A stretch of 19,967 nt of DNA from Candidatus Thorarchaeota archaeon SMTZ1-45. Lineage in GTDB: Archaea; Asgardarchaeota; Thorarchaeia; Thorarchaeales; Thorarchaeaceae. The notes below the pieces were generated by a model that was not told the DNA's origin, did no database searches, and was given only the letters and a program-made list of their open reading frames with translations. A program made the position numbers and the translations under genes. The DNA is taken from assembly GCA_001563335.1 (NCBI GenBank), contig LRSL01000050.1:1-19967 (forward strand). Reading direction: 5' to 3'. This document shows, one piece after another, positions 17,481-19,967 of the stretch. Every line of letters begins with the position of its first letter. The first letter of the stretch is position 1.

Positions 17481-17972
17481 CTATAATGAAATTATGACAT
17501 CCTTCGATTTTTTGCCAGTCATATATTCAATATCTATTCTTCCAATATTCACACGCTTTAGTGATTTCTCTGTTACTTGCTCTTGTGTTACTTTTTCTGG
17601 GTCTGACTCAAGAGCTTGAATCATTATCCTAAGAGCATGTTTCTTTTCATCTAGGTCATCGATGAATACCACACGACCTCTAAACTGAGTGGTAGCATAG
17701 AGATGATCACAAGCACCTTCTACATAGCCTAAATCATCAAGTGCTTGCCCCCATACGATATTATTTTTCTTGAGGATGTCTATTTTCTTTCCTTCTTGAG
17801 CGCAATGAAAATAAATGCAATAATTCTTGTCATCATAACCGTGACTTAGAGTGACAAGATAAGGCTCATCGTTGATACTCATTGCTATAGTAATGTATTT
17901 TGCCCTCTTAAGAATAGCAATAATATCATCCTTGCTTTCAATAGCTTTCTCTTTCCTGCGTATTCCTCTCAA
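17481..17972 (-). CDS. Pyridoxamine 5'-phosphate oxidase-like flavin-binding protein (NimA-like)
   Basis: IRRKEK, EPYLVTLSHGY, IYFHCAQEGKKIDILKKN and C-terminal MTGKK are typical of this split-barrel family. Confidence 0.88.
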   Translation of the reverse strand: MRGIRRKEKAIESKDDIIAILKRAKYITIAMSINDEPYLVTLSHGYDDKNYCIYFHCAQEGKKIDILKKNNIVWGQALDDLGYVEGACDHLYATTQFRGRVVFIDDLDEKKHALRIMIQALESDPEKVTQEQVTEKSLKRVNIGRIDIEYMTGKKSKDVIISL

Positions 17973-18054
17973 GGTACATCATCAATTCCAAAAAGTTGGA
18001 TGGCGTTAAACATTTCGAGTAATGTTTTTGTGTTATATCAATTAACCTCATACT

Positions 18055-19002
18055 ATGATTGAGCTTCAAGACATTTATGATGCTCATAAGCGAATTCGAG
18101 ACTATGCTCTTTGGACTCCAGTAATGACATCTTCAACTATTGACAAGTTGATTGACTGCAAAGTTTTTTTCAAATGTGAGAATTTCCAACGAGTTGGTGC
18201 TTTCAAATTCAGAGGTGCTTTAAACACAATATCACAATTGACTGACGATGAACGAAAACGGGGAGTCATTGCCCACTCCTCTGGAAATCATGCACAAGCA
18301 TTAGCTCTTGCCGCATCACTCTTGCACATCAAAGCCACGATCGTAATGCCCAAGAACTCGCCAAAAGTAAAAGTTGATGCTACTTGTGGTTATGGGGCGG
18401 ACGTGGTATTCTGTGAGAATTCAATAGAAAGCAGAGTGAAAGTGGCAAATGAATTGATTGAAAGATATAACTATGTCCTAATTCATCCCTACAATGACGA
18501 ACGAATCATAGCTGGAGCTGGTACTACTGCATTGGAACTTATTGAGGAAGTCAGAGTAATTGATTATATGTTTGCACCAGTGGGAGGTGGAGGTCTTTTA
18601 AGTGGCACATCAATTGCTACAAAGGGGCTTTGTTCCGATTCTAAAGTTATTGGAGTTGAGCCATCAAATGCAGATGATGCTTTTCGCTCCTTTAGAGATG
18701 GCAAAATCTATCCAAGTATCAATCCAAACACGATTGCAGATGGTCTGAGAACTCAGCTCGGTGATCTGACTTTCCCCATTATCAAAGAGTACGTTGACTC
18801 TATCGTTACAGTTACTGAGGAGGAGATTGTAGAAGCCATGAAACTTCTTTGGGAACGAATGAAGATAGTTGTCGAACCTTCTGGTGCTGTTTCCTTGGCA
18901 GGAGTCATAAAAATGAGAGATGAATTACAAGATAAACGGCTTGGAGTAATCATCAGTGGTGGCAATATTGACCTAACAGAGTTCTTCTCAAGATATCTAT
19001 GA
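18055..19002 (+). CDS. PLP-dependent serine racemase / serine-threonine dehydratase (fold type II, no ACT domain)
   Basis: KCENFQRVGAFKFRGA (PLP Lys), HSSGNHAQA, PVGGGGLLSG, EPSNADD, TIADGL, ERMKIVVEPSGA, SGGNID. Confidence 0.92.
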   Translation: MIELQDIYDAHKRIRDYALWTPVMTSSTIDKLIDCKVFFKCENFQRVGAFKFRGALNTISQLTDDERKRGVIAHSSGNHAQALALAASLLHIKATIVMPKNSPKVKVDATCGYGADVVFCENSIESRVKVANELIERYNYVLIHPYNDERIIAGAGTTALELIEEVRVIDYMFAPVGGGGLLSGTSIATKGLCSDSKVIGVEPSNADDAFRSFRDGKIYPSINPNTIADGLRTQLGDLTFPIIKEYVDSIVTVTEEEIVEAMKLLWERMKIVVEPSGAVSLAGVIKMRDELQDKRLGVIISGGNIDLTEFFSRYL

Positions 19003-19967
19003 TTTGTAATCACGCTCACGTATCTTTGGTAGCCACACCACAAACTCTGCTCCTTTGGTAGGCTCACCTTTTACACGATCTCTTACGTCGATTCGTCCCC
19101 CATATTTGTCACAGATATGCTTGGTTTGGTGGAGTCCAACACCTCCATAACGTCTTGACAAATCAAATATAGCTGCCTTCAGTGAGCCAGAAATTCCTTG
19201 TCCATTGTCACCCACAGCAATTTCATACCCTTCTCCACTCTCTCTAAGAGAAATCCACACAATCCTTTCCTCTCTTGGATTATGTTCAATTGCATTCTCA
19301 ATTAGATTACCAAGTAATTGTTCTAGAAACTGATCTGCTTCAATAAGAGCATTGTCAACTTCTAGTGACATATTAAAAGTTACATCTCTGTGCTGGTCTT
19401 CATAGGACTCTACTACTGTTTCAATAGTTGTGTCTAGCTTTCTAATTCTGAGTGGAACTGACATCAAAGGCTCAGTGACCTTTACTTTTGATATCATACT
19501 CTGACATCTTTCAACTGATGAAACAATCTGTCCCAAAAGCCGACGAGCCTCAGGATCTTGAAGCTTCATCTCCATCACCATGGTACTTCCTAGGATTATC
19601 TGTAATTGGTTTCTGAAGTCATGAGCCATTAGGTCAATGAGATGCATTGCACGCTCTTTTTGAGTTTCAATATGCTTCTCAGCATCAAGGCGCTCTGTGA
19701 CATTCATAGCCACAAGCTGGATGGCTGGAGCATCTTCATATTCCACACGTCTACCAAACATTTCTAACCATTGCATATCTCCATCCTTTTGAAAGACACG
19801 AATAATCATTGGTATTTTGTTTGGTGGATCTCCCTTCAGTAGTTCTTGTAATCTGTTCATGACTGAGTCCCAGTCATCAGGATGAATTATGCTTTGAATT
19901 TCCTTTGAAGAAAGTGCAAGGACTTCTTCTACACTTCTCTCAAGAAAACCAGCGAAAGCTGGGTTGG
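18997..19967 (-). CDS. PAS domain sensor histidine kinase, 5' truncated by the window end
   Basis: Frame stays open to the edge (NPAFAGFLERSVEEVL...IIHPDDW, a PAS signature); H-box AHDFRNQLQ, N-box NLIENAIEH, G1 DNGQGI, G2 GGVGL. The stop overlaps the convergent upstream gene by 6 bp. Confidence 0.92.
   Translation of the reverse strand, partial: NPAFAGFLERSVEEVLALSSKEIQSIIHPDDWDSVMNRLQELLKGDPPNKIPMIIRVFQKDGDMQWLEMFGRRVEYEDAPAIQLVAMNVTERLDAEKHIETQKERAMHLIDLMAHDFRNQLQIILGSTMVMEMKLQDPEARRLLGQIVSSVERCQSMISKVKVTEPLMSVPLRIRKLDTTIETVVESYEDQHRDVTFNMSLEVDNALIEADQFLEQLLGNLIENAIEHNPREERIVWISLRESGEGYEIAVGDNGQGISGSLKAAIFDLSRRYGGVGLHQTKHICDKYGGRIDVRDRVKGEPTKGAEFVVWLPKIRERDYKS

Noticed and set aside
15000-19002. 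eutA plus a dehydratase as an ectoine-utilisation (eutAB) cluster
   Set aside because: Name coincidence. This EutA is the ethanolamine-lyase reactivase type, unrelated to ectoine EutA, and no other ectoine genes are present.
345-19067. Many short alternative ORFs in the track (e.g. 345-710, 4079-4462, 7479-7853, 9885-10193, 15841-16206, 16757-17116, 18753-19067)
   Set aside because: They are antisense or off-frame shadows of well-supported genes and have no recognisable motifs.
1-19967. Selenocysteine/pyrrolysine readthrough, RNA genes, transposases or defence systems
   Set aside because: The recognised proteins end at plausible family C-termini, and the redox motifs use Cys codons. By eye I saw no tRNA/rRNA, integrase, terminal repeats or defence domains; covariance-model searches were not possible.

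Overview
Gene-dense, AT-rich prokaryotic window with about 18 protein-coding genes (two cut by the window edges). I saw no rRNA, tRNA, CRISPR array or mobile element. Several features suggest an archaeon, plausibly Asgard/Thorarchaeia-like: GGTG(A)-type Shine-Dalgarno sites, frequent GTG/TTG starts, multiple PAS histidine kinases, and a membrane-anchored M28/TSP3-repeat protein. That assignment is inference only. Gene order: S9 peptidase C-terminus, M28-fold surface protein, membrane-tethered ArsR regulator plus ABC exporter, sensor kinase, DUF998 protein, MFS transporter, SPL-like radical SAM protein, PAS-PAS kinase-like protein with a thioredoxin domain, TrmO, MscS, unknown membrane protein, EutA-like reactivase, nitroreductase, ACT protein, NimA/PNPOx-like protein, serine racemase/dehydratase, and a PAS kinase. 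The most unusual signals are: (1) a histidine-kinase-fold protein whose phospho-acceptor His is replaced by Ser and which ends in a CxxC thioredoxin fold; (2) divergent from it, a radical SAM protein with a PolX-N-terminal-like helix-hairpin-helix tail; (3) an M28 peptidase fold with an apparently rewired Cys/His metal site and no general base; (4) an EutA-like gene with no eutBC nearby; (5) a tandem palindromic operator upstream of the ArsR-ABC module. All family calls come from motif recognition by eye, not from database searches.
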